Source of the DNA: Chloroflexota bacterium
Lineage (GTDB): Bacteria > Chloroflexota > UBA11872 > VXNJ01
Reading direction: 5' to 3'
DNA length: 64,000 nt
Assembly: GCA_963664795.2 (NCBI GenBank)
Contig: CAXXYJ010000024.1
Coordinates: forward strand, 4,154-68,153
The notes beneath the pieces were generated by a model, which searched no databases, was not told the DNA's origin, and saw only the letters and a list, made by a program, of their open reading frames with translations. The stretch's first letter is position 1; every line of letters starts with the position of its first letter. The translations under genes and the position numbers were made by a program. Below are positions 10,201 to 18,770 of this stretch, one piece after another.

Positions 10201-10716
10201 CAGCGGCGAGCGACGGTAACCAAGATCCAGCAGGCGCTGCGCAAGACGCGCCGGCGGCAGGACCAGGCCGGGCTCAAGGGCCAGCAGGCGTTCGGCGAAC
10301 TCGCGCGCCGGACAGAGCTTGGGCAGCAGCGCCCGGGCCGAGGCCACGACCAGGAAGCCCTCCCCGGCCGGGGAGGATTCGGCCAAGGTCAGGCGCTTGA
10401 GCACGCGGCTGCGGGCGGCCAGGATCTCGTGGTCGGTGCTCACCTGGGCATGAATCAGGTGGTCCGGGGCCGGGAACGAAAGCACCTCAAGCCCGCCCGC
10501 CCACAGTTCGAATTCCCGCAGCAGCTCCTCGGCGCGGTTCTCGTCGGCGACCAGCAACAGGTGTGGACTGGCGCTGCGCCTTACGACCTCGGCCAGCAGA
10601 ATCGCGTGCGTGGCCGGCATCGCCACGACCGTGGACGGGTCGGCCGCGGCGCGTTCGGCGGCGGTCGCAAATTCCGGGGTCGCGGTTATCCGGGCCGCGA
10701 TCTGCTCGGGCTTCAC
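7237..10716 (-). CDS. mfd: Transcription-repair coupling factor
   Basis: 1159-aa ORF. CarD-like 'GDYVVHVEHGIGRYRG', Walker A 'GDVGFGKTEVA', DEAD-type 'VVVDEEQRFG'. The start overlaps the pth stop by 4 nt. Confidence 0.95.
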   Translation of the reverse strand: MKPEQIAARITATPEFATAAERAAADPSTVVAMPATHAILLAEVVRRSASPHLLLVADENRAEELLREFELWAGGLEVLSFPAPDHLIHAQVSTDHEILAARSRVLKRLTLAESSPAGEGFLVVASARALLPKLCPAREFAERLLALEPGLVLPPARLAQRLLDLGYRRSPLVEEPGEFVQRGGLLDFYPADSPHPIRVDFFDDEIESLRYFDVTDQRSGAVLEGWEVGSATEHPVWRGPQAAAALGRLDIEGLRRADQDRLQRQLALLAEGSFFDAAPFLLSSCQGESSSLLEFAGAARLVVEDPDAIAWALREQSGAEERLRAQLLKDRQLPRGIGNPLNGLAPLTEAIESAHLRLLQSGSGPGTDEVHATEAFSSPESYGGRLLHMANELAESGLATILASYQGDRLVELLTEHGVWATPLAEAGGRLGPGDVVVVRASLMRGWRHRGLGLQLLTDAEIFGRMRRRAAPSAKPAVDDEFLLDLSEGDYVVHVEHGIGRYRGVVRLANAAGDREYLQIEYARDGKLYVPVDQLGRVQRFVGAGEARPKLSRLGTKDWSRAKRKASGAAREIAGELLEIYATRESGPGHSFGPDSDWQLSMEQAFPFVETPDQVTAIEQVKADMESDRPMDRLICGDVGFGKTEVAVRAAFKAAQEGKQVAVLVPTTILAQQHHDTFRGRLGDYPLEVALLSRFQSPANQKKIVASLESGDVDIVIGTHRLLSRDINFADLGLVVVDEEQRFGVAQKERLKKLRAEVDVLTLTATPIPRTLHMALTEVRDISVIESPPHDRRPVKSYVTAYEEGVIREAIESELARGGQVFFVHNRVNSIYGAAAKVSKICPRARVAVAHGQMPSNALESVMVEFAGGQHDVLVCTAIIENGVDLPNVNTLVVDECWMFGLAQLYQLRGRVGRSATQAYAYFLYTREDRLTEAAQKRLQAVLEANDLGAGLRLAMRDLQIRGAGDMLGANQSGFANTVGLYMYLQMVRDAVREAKGSGPADELKPRSLTPVDLPLSAYIPDEYTGTYAAKLREYQRLVRADSVSAVEAVAAGLRDRFGEFPDPVANLVYVAKVRAHATELGIDSIATTGADLVMRLDPERFVDRGDLRRRLGPEARLGQLGITWPDFEDRPDWRRRLLSYFEGAGSGRIGRAVRSAPG

Positions 10717-11330
10717 TTTTGGCCGGCCCAGTTGCGGTTGAACCGGTTCATGAGCTGCTCGACGGTTAACTCCCCCACCTGCGAGAGCCCTTCCTGGGCG
10801 GCCGCAACCATCCGGTCCACGGCCGGTTTCTGGGACCGCGTAAAGCCCTGCAGGACGTATTCGGCCGGATCAAGACCCGGCGGCGGGCGCCCCAGGCCGA
10901 GCTTGAAGCGCAGGAACCTGTCGGTCCCGACCGCGCCGATGATCGACCTGATACCGCGGTGCCCGCCGGCCGATCCGCCGAAGCGGATCCGCAGGCTGGC
11001 AAAGCCCAGATCCATATCGTCGTGCACCACGACCAGCCGGTCCGCCTCCAGGCCGAGGCCTTCGAGCGCCGATCGCACCGAATTGCCGGAAGCGTTCATA
11101 TACGTATGCGGAAAGAGAAATCCGGTTGCGTCGCCGCCTATTTCGCGAACCGTATATTGGCCGCGGTAGCGCCGCCGCGGTTTCGGTCCGGGGATGTCGG
11201 ACAGCAGCCGCCGGCCCACCCGCCAGCCGATGTTGTGGCGTCCGCCGGCGTGCTTGCGCCCCGGGTTGCCCAGAAAGACCAGCAGGCGGTCCGGATCCGG
11301 CTGGCGCCGGAAGAGATCACCCAGTCCCAT
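10713..11330 (-). CDS. pth: Peptidyl-tRNA hydrolase
   Basis: 205-aa ORF with 'LLVFLGNPGRKHAGGRHNIGW' (Pth signature with catalytic His). Confidence 0.9.
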   Translation of the reverse strand: MGLGDLFRRQPDPDRLLVFLGNPGRKHAGGRHNIGWRVGRRLLSDIPGPKPRRRYRGQYTVREIGGDATGFLFPHTYMNASGNSVRSALEGLGLEADRLVVVHDDMDLGFASLRIRFGGSAGGHRGIRSIIGAVGTDRFLRFKLGLGRPPPGLDPAEYVLQGFTRSQKPAVDRMVAAAQEGLSQVGELTVEQLMNRFNRNWAGQK

Positions 11331-12165
11331 CGGTGCCGGCTACCCCCTCCCGGAACGCGTCGGACAGGGCCAGCCAGGCCGCAAGGTCCAGGTTGGCGGG
11401 CCGGTCGTCGGGGTCGATGCCGGCCGCCTGGAGAAGATTAATGGCCGCGTCGCGCTCCAGGCGCAGGCCGGCCCCGATCGAATTAACGAGCTTCTTGCGG
11501 CGCTGGGCGAACGCGTGCCGCGAGAGCCAGATCGCGTTTGAAACCTGCGGGTCCTGGCGGTCCCGATCGGTGGTTTCAATGCTGATCACGGCCGAAGTTA
11601 CCTTGGGACGGGGCCAGAACGCCGACGGCGGCACCAGGAATTCGACCCGGGCGTCCCCGAACGGACGGGTCATCACCGTCAGGGCCGACCAGTCCCCGGG
11701 TTCGGCGCATATCCGCTCGGCCACCTCGCGCTGCAGCATCACGGTCAGGCGCCGGGGGCGGTTGCGGCTGTGGAGAAGGTCCACCAGCAGCGGCGTGCCG
11801 ACCGAATAAGGGAGATTTGCCACCACCTGGAAGGGTTGGTCGGGATAGATCTGTTCGAGATCGAGGGCGCGCGCGTCGCGCCGCAGCACCGATACGTTGG
11901 AGTAGCCGCGCAGCTGGCGGCGCAGGGCAATCGCCAGTTCGGGGTCGACCTCGACCGCGATCACCCGGTCGGCCGCTCGCGCCAGGGGGCGGGTGAGGAG
12001 GCCGGTGCCGGCGCCGATCTCCAGTACCGCCGCGTCCGGCTCGATCCGGGCGGCGTTAACTATCCGGTCGACCACGCCGTCATCGACCAGCAGGTTCTGC
12101 CCGCGCGAGCGGCGCGGCCGGAACCCGCGCGGCGCGCCGCCGCGGCGCCGTCTAGGCGAGCTCAA
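11317..12165 (-). CDS. rsmA: 16S rRNA (adenine1518/1519-N6)-dimethyltransferase
   Basis: 'SRGQNLLVDD' and SAM motif 'VLEIGAGTGLLT'. The ORF track extends to 12378, but that part overlaps rdgB in another frame. The in-frame TTG at 12165 gives the usual ~22 aa before GQNLL. The start is inferred. Confidence 0.8.
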   Translation of the reverse strand: MSSPRRRRGGAPRGFRPRRSRGQNLLVDDGVVDRIVNAARIEPDAAVLEIGAGTGLLTRPLARAADRVIAVEVDPELAIALRRQLRGYSNVSVLRRDARALDLEQIYPDQPFQVVANLPYSVGTPLLVDLLHSRNRPRRLTVMLQREVAERICAEPGDWSALTVMTRPFGDARVEFLVPPSAFWPRPKVTSAVISIETTDRDRQDPQVSNAIWLSRHAFAQRRKKLVNSIGAGLRLERDAAINLLQAAGIDPDDRPANLDLAAWLALSDAFREGVAGTDGTG

Positions 12166-12769
12166 GTTCCTCCAGCGCGGCCAGGACCGCGGCCCGTCGA
12201 TGCGAGATCGAGTTCTTCTCCGGCATGCCGAGCTGGGCCAGGGTCTTCTTCCCGCCCGCGGGTAAGAAAACCGGGTCGTAGCCGAACCCGCTTTCCCCGC
12301 GCGGTGACACCAGGATCGTGCCCCGCAGGGCGCCCTCGCCGACCGCCAGGACGGATCCGCGCCGGGCAATGGTGACAACGCTGCGGAACTGGGCCGATCG
12401 GAGCGGGGCCGCCAGGCCGTGCATGATCGAGAGCAGGGCCTCGGTGCGGTCGACGTCGCTGCCTTCGGCCAGCCGCGCCGTGCGCACCCCGGGCGCGCCG
12501 TGCAGGGCGTCGACCTCTAGGCCCGAATCGTCGGCCAGCACCGGAAGTTCGGTCAGCTCGGAAAAGGCCAGCGCCTTGCGGGCCGAGTTCTCGGCGAACG
12601 TCTCCCCGTCTTCTGAGACATCGCAACGGATCCCGGCCTGGTCGGGGCGCAGGCTTTCCCAGCCGCGGCTCGAGAGCAGGACGCCCAATTCGGCCGCCTT
12701 GCCGGGATTGTTGGTGGCCAGCAGGATCGTTCGCAATTTGGGGTCTTCCATCTCAAATTCCCCAGGCAT
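12152..12769 (-). CDS. rdgB: Non-canonical purine NTP pyrophosphatase (RdgB/HAM1 family)
   Basis: 205-aa ORF with 'ILLATNNPGKAAEL' and 'GFGYDPVFLP'. Confidence 0.9.
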   Translation of the reverse strand: MPGEFEMEDPKLRTILLATNNPGKAAELGVLLSSRGWESLRPDQAGIRCDVSEDGETFAENSARKALAFSELTELPVLADDSGLEVDALHGAPGVRTARLAEGSDVDRTEALLSIMHGLAAPLRSAQFRSVVTIARRGSVLAVGEGALRGTILVSPRGESGFGYDPVFLPAGGKKTLAQLGMPEKNSISHRRAAVLAALEELELA

Positions 12770-13622
12770 CGGCGTTCCGGCCCAGGAAGTCGGCTTCCTG
12801 CCCGGGCTCCAGGCCGGCCCGGCGCACCCGGCTCAGCATGCGGCGCTGGCTGGTGAGCGGATAGTCGGATCCAAACATAATTCGACCGGGGGCGATCTGG
12901 GCCATAAGGCCGTAGATGGAGTCGTCATACAGCAAGTGCGAGGCCGCGCAGTCGTAGCGCACTGAACCGGTCTGGGCCCTTACCTCCGGCATCGATTCGA
13001 AGATCCCGAACCCGGCGCCCCAGTGCGGGAGCTGGAGCCGCAGCCCCTCCGGCATGCCGGCCAGAAAGCTTGCGATCTGGCGCGGCCCGGTTGAGTCCTT
13101 GCCCGGATAGGAATGACCGGCCGGCTCGCTCACGTGGACGCAAAGGATCAGGCCCCGGTCCGCGCAGGCCTGGGGCAGCGGGGAGGATCGGTACAGGTCG
13201 GCCAGATCGAATCCCTGCCCTTCAGCATAGAGCTCTCCCACCGCCGCGACCGGCGCTCCGCGCCAGTACTCGAGCTCGGCCATGGTGGCTCCGGCGGCGG
13301 CGGCCGGGACCGTAATGCCGGCGCGGATCCTGCCGCCGCTGGCGGCGGCCGATTCGACCAGGTACTCGTTGCACCGCCGGTGCATGGCCCGATCCCGCCA
13401 GCCGAACCCGAGGCAAAGCGACCGCTCCACCCCGGCGCGGTCCATTTCCGCCAGCAGCATATCGGCGTCGGCCATGCGCGCGCGCCGCTGGTAGAGCGTG
13501 GCGAACCACGGCTCGCGCTCGGCCACCGCCGCGCGGTCGGCGATTAACGCGGGTGGAAAAATGTGGGTGTGGGCGTCAATGATCAGGGCTCGGACCTGTC
13601 CGAGGGAGGGCCTTTTGGGCAT
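12753..13622 (-). CDS. Amidohydrolase-family (TIM-barrel metal-dependent hydrolase) protein
   Basis: 'LIIDAHTHIFPP' metal-binding HxH near the N-terminus. The ORF track start is 13691. The internal ATG at 13622 (MPKRPSLG...) fits the family better and avoids overlap with hemW. Confidence 0.7.
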   Translation of the reverse strand: MPKRPSLGQVRALIIDAHTHIFPPALIADRAAVAEREPWFATLYQRRARMADADMLLAEMDRAGVERSLCLGFGWRDRAMHRRCNEYLVESAAASGGRIRAGITVPAAAAGATMAELEYWRGAPVAAVGELYAEGQGFDLADLYRSSPLPQACADRGLILCVHVSEPAGHSYPGKDSTGPRQIASFLAGMPEGLRLQLPHWGAGFGIFESMPEVRAQTGSVRYDCAASHLLYDDSIYGLMAQIAPGRIMFGSDYPLTSQRRMLSRVRRAGLEPGQEADFLGRNADAWGI

Positions 13623-13640
13623 CAACCACAAATTATGTAA

Positions 13641-14970
13641 GTGTCCTCGTCGCGGGCCGAGGGGAAGGCGGGCTTGAGTTGGGATCCGCACCGGTTCGGC
13701 CGGACCGACATTTGCGCGTCCGGCTCAATCGGGGCATACGTGCATTTCCCCTTCTGCCGCCGGCACTGCTGGTACTGCGACTTCAACGTTCACGTCGCCG
13801 GCAATGATGCGGTCGCCGAGTACCTTGACGCTCTAGAGACCGAGATCGCCGCCGTGACCGGGTTCCTGGAGCCGAGTCCCCGGGTGGAGACGATTTACGT
13901 CGGCGGCGGCACCCCCAGCCACGCCGGGCCCGGGCGCCTCGGGCGTTTGCTCGGGGATTTGCGGGCAAGCCTGCTGCTGGCTCCGGGAGGCGAATTCAGC
14001 GTCGAGGCCAACCCGGCCGACGCCGGCGCCGAGATCTTTTCAGCGATGACCGGCGCCGGAGTCACGCGCCTGAGCCTGGGAGTGCAGTCGTTTGCCGACC
14101 GGCGCCTCGGCCTGCTCGACCGCGACCATTCAGGCGATGAGGCCGAGCGGGCGGTCGAGCTGGCGGCGTCGGCCGGGTTCGGGTCTGTCTCGATCGATCT
14201 GATCTACGGCGCGCCGGGGCAGTCGCTGGCGGAATGGCGGTCCGACTTGGAGCGGGCCGCCCGCATCGGGGTGGATCACGTTTCCTGTTACGCCCTGACG
14301 CTTGATTCGCGGCGCTCCAAAGCCAGGTCTGAAGAGCTCGGCAAGGCCCCGGACGGCGACGGGATGTTTGCCTACTACCAGGCCGCGCTCGAGATCCTGG
14401 AATCGGCCGGTTTCGATCATTACGAGACTTCCAACTGGGCCAGGCCCGGTCACCGCTGCCGCCACAACGGTTCCGTCTGGGCGGGCGGCCGCTACCTGCC
14501 GCTGGGTTGCGGCGCGCACGGATTCCTGGGCGAGCGCCGATACCATCTCGTGCGTCGCCCGGATCGTTACGCCGACCGGATACGGACCGGCGGCACCCTG
14601 CTGGCCGGATCCGAGGTGCTCGGGGAGGCGGACTTGCTCAGGGAAGCGGTCGCGCTGCCGCTGCGCACCGCGGCCGGGATCGATCTTTCGGGTCTGCAAG
14701 ATCGATTCGGTTACGACCTGCATGCCGAGCACGGTCCCCCTGGTCGAGCAACTGGCGGGCGAGGGGCTACTGATCAGGGAAAACGGTCGGCTGCGTCCGT
14801 CCAATCGCGGGATGTTCCTGGCCGACGCGCTCGGCGCAAGGCTCCTGCCCGGGACGGGGCGCCAACGGCTAACCGGTCCCGCGGGCCGCGCAACCCCGGG
14901 AGTCGCGCAACTCATGCACGAAGATTGGACGCACCCGCCAGGATCGATCGGTCACCCGAATGGCAATTAA
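13641..14970 (+). pseudogene. hemW: Radical SAM heme chaperone HemW (HemN-like), frameshifted in this sequence
   Basis: 'YVHFPFCRRHCWYCDFN' CxxxCxxC cluster. The frame from 13641 becomes Arg/Gly-rich nonsense after 'DRFGYDLHAEHG'. The family-typical C-terminus 'LVEQLAGEGLLIRENGRLRPSNRGMFLADALGARLL' continues in another frame and stops at 14970. The switch coincides with the C5 run at 14736-14740. Confidence 0.8.
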
Positions 14971-15229
14971 TTGCTCAATTCGCCATGCAAAGGACCGCTT
15001 CGAGGAATTGGTGCGCTTCGTGCGCGCGGGCGGAACGGTCACACTCACCCACCAGGGTGAGCCGGTAGCCGAAATCAGGCCCCTGGCCGAACCGGGGTCG
15101 ATCGAGAAACGAATTGAAGACCTGCGGGCGAGGGGCGCTCTCACCGGCCCTTCTGGACCAAGAAAACCATTCGACGGGGGCACGTATGTGCCCGATGCGC
15201 TGCAAAAGTTCCTGGAGGATCGCGACTGA
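14960..15229 (+). CDS. Phd/YefM-family type II antitoxin (orphan)
   Basis: 89-aa ORF. 'IRHAKDRFEELVRFVRAGGTVTLTHQGEPVAEIRPL' matches the Phd/YefM N-terminal fold pattern. No toxin ORF lies downstream. Confidence 0.7.
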   Translation: MAINCSIRHAKDRFEELVRFVRAGGTVTLTHQGEPVAEIRPLAEPGSIEKRIEDLRARGALTGPSGPRKPFDGGTYVPDALQKFLEDRD

Positions 15230-15393
15230 CGTGCGTTATCCACGTCAGAATCTGAACGCTGGCGGAACGTGGCTACGGAAGGGCAGGGGCAGCGCCATTC
15301 GGGTCAGGCGAATGCGGTCCGGTCATTAGAGCCTTCATCGCCATTTCGCCCGACGCGGGCGCGCGTCGCCGGGTCGCGAGCGCCCTGGACGGG

Positions 15394-15936
15394 ATGACCG
15401 ACGAGCCGCTGCTGCGCCGCGTTGCGGCCCAGAACCTGCATCTAACGCTGGCGTTTCTCGGGGAAATCAACCCCGCCGAAGCCGATTCCGCGGCCGCCGC
15501 GATCAGGATCGCCGCAGCGGATCTGGTCCCGTTCGGACTGCGAATCGAAGGCGAACTGGCGGCAATTGGCGCGCGGCGGCGCGTCCTCGCGGCAGCCGTC
15601 AGAGGCGACATCGAAGAATTGATCGCGGTGTGGACCCGGCTGCGCGAGGCGCTGGCCGAAAGCGGATTCCAGGCAACCGAACGCCGCTTCCTCCCGCACC
15701 TGACCCTGGCCCGGGCTCGCCCGCAAGCCACCGCGCGGCAGCGACGCGCCATCTGGCGGGCGGCCGAGTCGCAGCTGGAATCGCTGCAGGTCGAATTCCA
15801 GGTCCGGGATATCGGCCTCTACCAGAGTCGGCTTGGACCATCCGGCGCCAGCTACCGGCTGCTGGCGCGGGCCGAGTTCGGCAAATCACGGTCGGATCGC
15901 TTCCGCCGGCCGGCTGCGGGCAGTCCCCGTCGTTGA
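15394..15936 (+). CDS. thpR: RNA 2',3'-cyclic phosphodiesterase (2H phosphoesterase, ThpR/LigT)
   Basis: Two HxT motifs, 'HLTLAFLGE' and 'HLTLARA'. Family-like sequence 'RAFIAISPDAGARRRVASAL' continues in frame upstream of the ATG (to ~15328) without an ATG/GTG/TTG, so the true start is unresolved. Confidence 0.8.
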   Translation: MTDEPLLRRVAAQNLHLTLAFLGEINPAEADSAAAAIRIAAADLVPFGLRIEGELAAIGARRRVLAAAVRGDIEELIAVWTRLREALAESGFQATERRFLPHLTLARARPQATARQRRAIWRAAESQLESLQVEFQVRDIGLYQSRLGPSGASYRLLARAEFGKSRSDRFRRPAAGSPRR

Positions 15937-16176
15937 ATTTGGTCCAGCGGCCTCCGAGCCGCATTTGTCCGAGCGGGACGCTCAGGCAGGGATGTCGAAT
16001 CGCCCGGACCGGAACCTGGGCATCACCTCCTCGGCGAACCGGCGCAGCTGCTCCAGGACGACGGTTTCGGGGGTCCCGATCACCGATCCGACGTTGATTT
16101 CTTCCAGGCCGGGATAGCGCTCCTGGACCGACATGAGTCTTTCGGCGACCGCGTCCGGCGGACCGCACAGCCAGGC

Positions 16177-16192
16177 GCTAGGAGCCTGCGCC
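16177..16192. repeat. IS terminal inverted repeat (left as drawn)
   Basis: GCTAGGAGCCTGCGCC is the exact reverse complement of 17778-17793. Confidence 0.85.
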
Positions 16193-16365
16193 ACAGGAAC
16201 CGCGCCGCGACACCGCCGACCGGCTGACCGTCGATTTTTCTGACGCGCCACGGCGCGACGACGCGCGCATCGACGCCGATTCGGCCCGGCTGACTGCCAA
16301 TCGGGCGTTCTCGGGCCCGATTCGGGCCCATTCCGCCCCGATATGTAGGGGTCTCCCCGGATATC

Positions 16366-17697
16366 TCATGCGCGATACGCACCGATCCGGCGCGCGTTGA
16401 GCGCAAGACAGACCAGGTCCCACTCCCCGCGCACCTTCTCCAGGCCGCGGAAGCTGAAGCGCCTGAAGCCCAGTACCTGCTTTATCCAGCCGAACGGGGG
16501 TTCGGCGATGTGCTTGCGGTCGGCGTACGTCCGCCTGCCCTCCGGAGTCCCCAGCTTCGCGGCCATCCGCCGCCGGGCCGGGCTCAGCTGCTGCGGGGGC
16601 TTCCTGCCTTCCCGGCCCAGCGAGACGTAGGCGTCTATCTCCAGGTTCTCGAGCTCTAGGAAGTCGTCCTCGGAGGCGTAGCCGGCGTCGGCCAGGACGA
16701 TGTCGGGACTGCGGCCGGTGTTGCTGGAAGCCTTCTCGATCATCGGCAGGAGCTGCCCGGCGTCGGCGGCTGCCGCCGAGACGTTAACGGCCACTACCAG
16801 GCGCGATTCGGAGTCCACCGCCGCCTGGGCGTTGTAGGCCTGCTGGTAGCCCTCGGTCGAGGTCTTCATTATTGAAGACTCGGGGTCGGTGAAGTTGTGC
16901 TGGGCCCTGGGGTCGGGTACGCCGTAGGCGCGCTTGTAGGGGCTGCCGCCCCTGGGGTTGCGTGTTTGCCCGGGCTCGCGGCCCCGGCCGTCGTCAAACG
17001 CCATCGCCTTCTGCTCCAGCCGGGCCTTGGCCTGTTCGATCTTCTGGAGCCGGCTGCGGCGGCGCTTTAGCTCGTCCGGGGTGTCGTCGCCGTCCGAGTC
17101 CTCTCCGTAGCGTTCGTCCTCTGCGGCGTCGGCCCGCTCGGCCCGCTCCAGCAGTTGGTTGATCTCCCCGCGCAGGCGCAGCTCTTCGGCCTGCATGCGC
17201 TCGTAGGTCATCGCCTTGCGCTTGGAGGCGCAGGCCCTGACCTTGCTTGCGTCCACGGCCAGGGTGCCGAGTTTGGTCAGACCCATCTCGGCCGCGATCT
17301 TCACCACCTGCACGAACAGGTCCCCGAAGTCCTTCAAGTGGCGGCGCCGGAACTCGCAGATGGTGCGGTGGGCGGGCAGTCGGTCGGAGGCGGCCAGGAA
17401 GCGGAAGGCCACGTCCTCGCGCAGGCGTTGGGCGATCTTGCGCGAGGAGAAGACCCCGACCGAGTAGCCGTAGAGGAGAACCTTGACCATCATCGCCGGT
17501 TCGTAGGGGCGGTTGCGACGCCCGTCGCCCTCGTAGGGGGCGTAGAAGGCCGATAGGTCCATGCTGTCGACCAGGTCGGAGATCTGGAAGGCCAGATGCC
17601 CCTTGGGCAGCCAGTCCCTGAGGTCCGGCGGCATCATCATGGGCTGGTTCGGATGGTACGGACGGAAGGTGGTGGGCACGGGACGTACCTGGCGCAA
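16366..17697 (-). CDS. IS1182-family (IS5-like) DDE transposase
   Basis: 443-aa ORF. N-terminal InsH-type domain 'YEPAMMVKVLLYGYSVGVFSSRKIAQRLREDVAFRFLA'. Central charged coiled region. C-terminal DDE region 'VLADAGYASEDD...FGWIKQVLGFRRFSFRGLEKV'. Confidence 0.9.
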   Translation of the reverse strand: MRQVRPVPTTFRPYHPNQPMMMPPDLRDWLPKGHLAFQISDLVDSMDLSAFYAPYEGDGRRNRPYEPAMMVKVLLYGYSVGVFSSRKIAQRLREDVAFRFLAASDRLPAHRTICEFRRRHLKDFGDLFVQVVKIAAEMGLTKLGTLAVDASKVRACASKRKAMTYERMQAEELRLRGEINQLLERAERADAAEDERYGEDSDGDDTPDELKRRRSRLQKIEQAKARLEQKAMAFDDGRGREPGQTRNPRGGSPYKRAYGVPDPRAQHNFTDPESSIMKTSTEGYQQAYNAQAAVDSESRLVVAVNVSAAAADAGQLLPMIEKASSNTGRSPDIVLADAGYASEDDFLELENLEIDAYVSLGREGRKPPQQLSPARRRMAAKLGTPEGRRTYADRKHIAEPPFGWIKQVLGFRRFSFRGLEKVRGEWDLVCLALNARRIGAYRA

Positions 17698-17777
17698 AAT
17701 CAGGGGTGCAAACGAGCTTTTTCATTCTCGCCGCAGTGTCCAGAAATCCCGGCCGTCACTCCTTGGGATTTTTCTGC

Positions 17778-17793
17778 GGCGCAGGCTCCTAGC
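17778..17793. repeat. IS terminal inverted repeat (right as drawn)
   Basis: GGCGCAGGCTCCTAGC is the exact reverse complement of 16177-16192. Confidence 0.85.
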
Positions 17794-18770
17794 CAGGATC
17801 TGGTCCACCACTTCTGAAAGTCCGGCCGGTTCGGTGCCCGAGCCGTCGGCCAGCGCGGCCATCTGAGCGTCAGGAAGATCGATCAATCCCGCTGGCGCGA
17901 AGACCTTCAGGTATTCCTCCACGTAGGGGCGGATTTCGGCCTGCGCCTGTTCCTCGGTGTCGGCCAGGTGGGTGTAGAAATTCACGATCAGATCCCCGCC
18001 CGGCTCGGTCTTCCGACCGGCGCGGGCCAGCGAGTCGCGCCAACTTTGGATTAATTCTTCGGCGGCCCCGTCGGCCACCGCCCCGCCCCCGCCGATCATG
18101 GCGCAGATTCCCATCCGGGTCATAAAGTCCATTCCGCGCCGGCTCGCGCTGACGATCGGCTGGTAGCACTTGACCGGAAGATTGCGCGGCCGCGGCACCA
18201 GAGTGATCTCCTCCAGCCGGTAACCGCGGTAGGGTACCGGCGCGGGGATCTGGTAGTGCTCGCCGCGATGGGAGAACGAGCGCTCGTTGAACGCCCTGAA
18301 GATGATCTCGACCTGTTCCTCGAACAGTTCGCGGTTTGCGTCCTGGTCGATCAGGGGCGAGCCCAGGGTCTCGACCTCGCGCGTGTGGTACCCCCGGCCG
18401 ACACCGAAAACGATCCGTCCGTCGGTGAGGATGTCGGCGGTCGCGTAGTCCTCGGCCAGCCGCAGAGGGTGCCAGTTCGGCGTGACGTTGAAAGCGCAAC
18501 CGAACTTGAGCCGCTCGGTCAGATGCGCCAGGTGGACCCCCAGCAGCAGCGGGTTGGGGATTGCCTCGTGGCCCTCGTGCTGGAAGTGGTGCTCGCCCAG
18601 CCAGAGAGTGTCGTAACCCAGCCGGTCCATCAGCGCCGCAATCGACTCGGCCTTTGCGAAAACGCCGGCCAGCCGCTCGTTCGAGAGCCGGCGTTCGTTG
18701 ACCGGGACGCCCGCGAACCCGATGTCATCCAGGTCGACGTGCCCGATGTAGAGGCTTCCGAATCTGCTGA

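Larger units (their letters stand above)
16177..17793 (-). mobile_element. IS1182-family insertion sequence, 1617 bp
   Basis: A single transposase ORF is bounded by perfect 16-bp terminal inverted repeats (GCTAGGAGCCTGCGCC / GGCGCAGGCTCCTAGC). It lies inside the LLM gene. Confidence 0.85.

Noticed and set aside
11317-12378. 353-aa version of the rsmA ORF.
   Set aside because: The first ~70 codons overlap rdgB in another frame and are Arg/Trp/Ser-rich nonsense. The KsgA family begins ~22 aa before 'GQNLL'.
16171-16175. CCAGG on both sides of the IS (16171-16175 and 17793-17797), considered as a 5-bp target-site duplication.
   Set aside because: Removing the IS plus one CCAGG copy (1622 nt) destroys the LLM reading frame. 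Removing exactly the IR-bounded 1617 nt restores it. Both copies are therefore original gene sequence ('CTGGCCTGG' = L-A-W).
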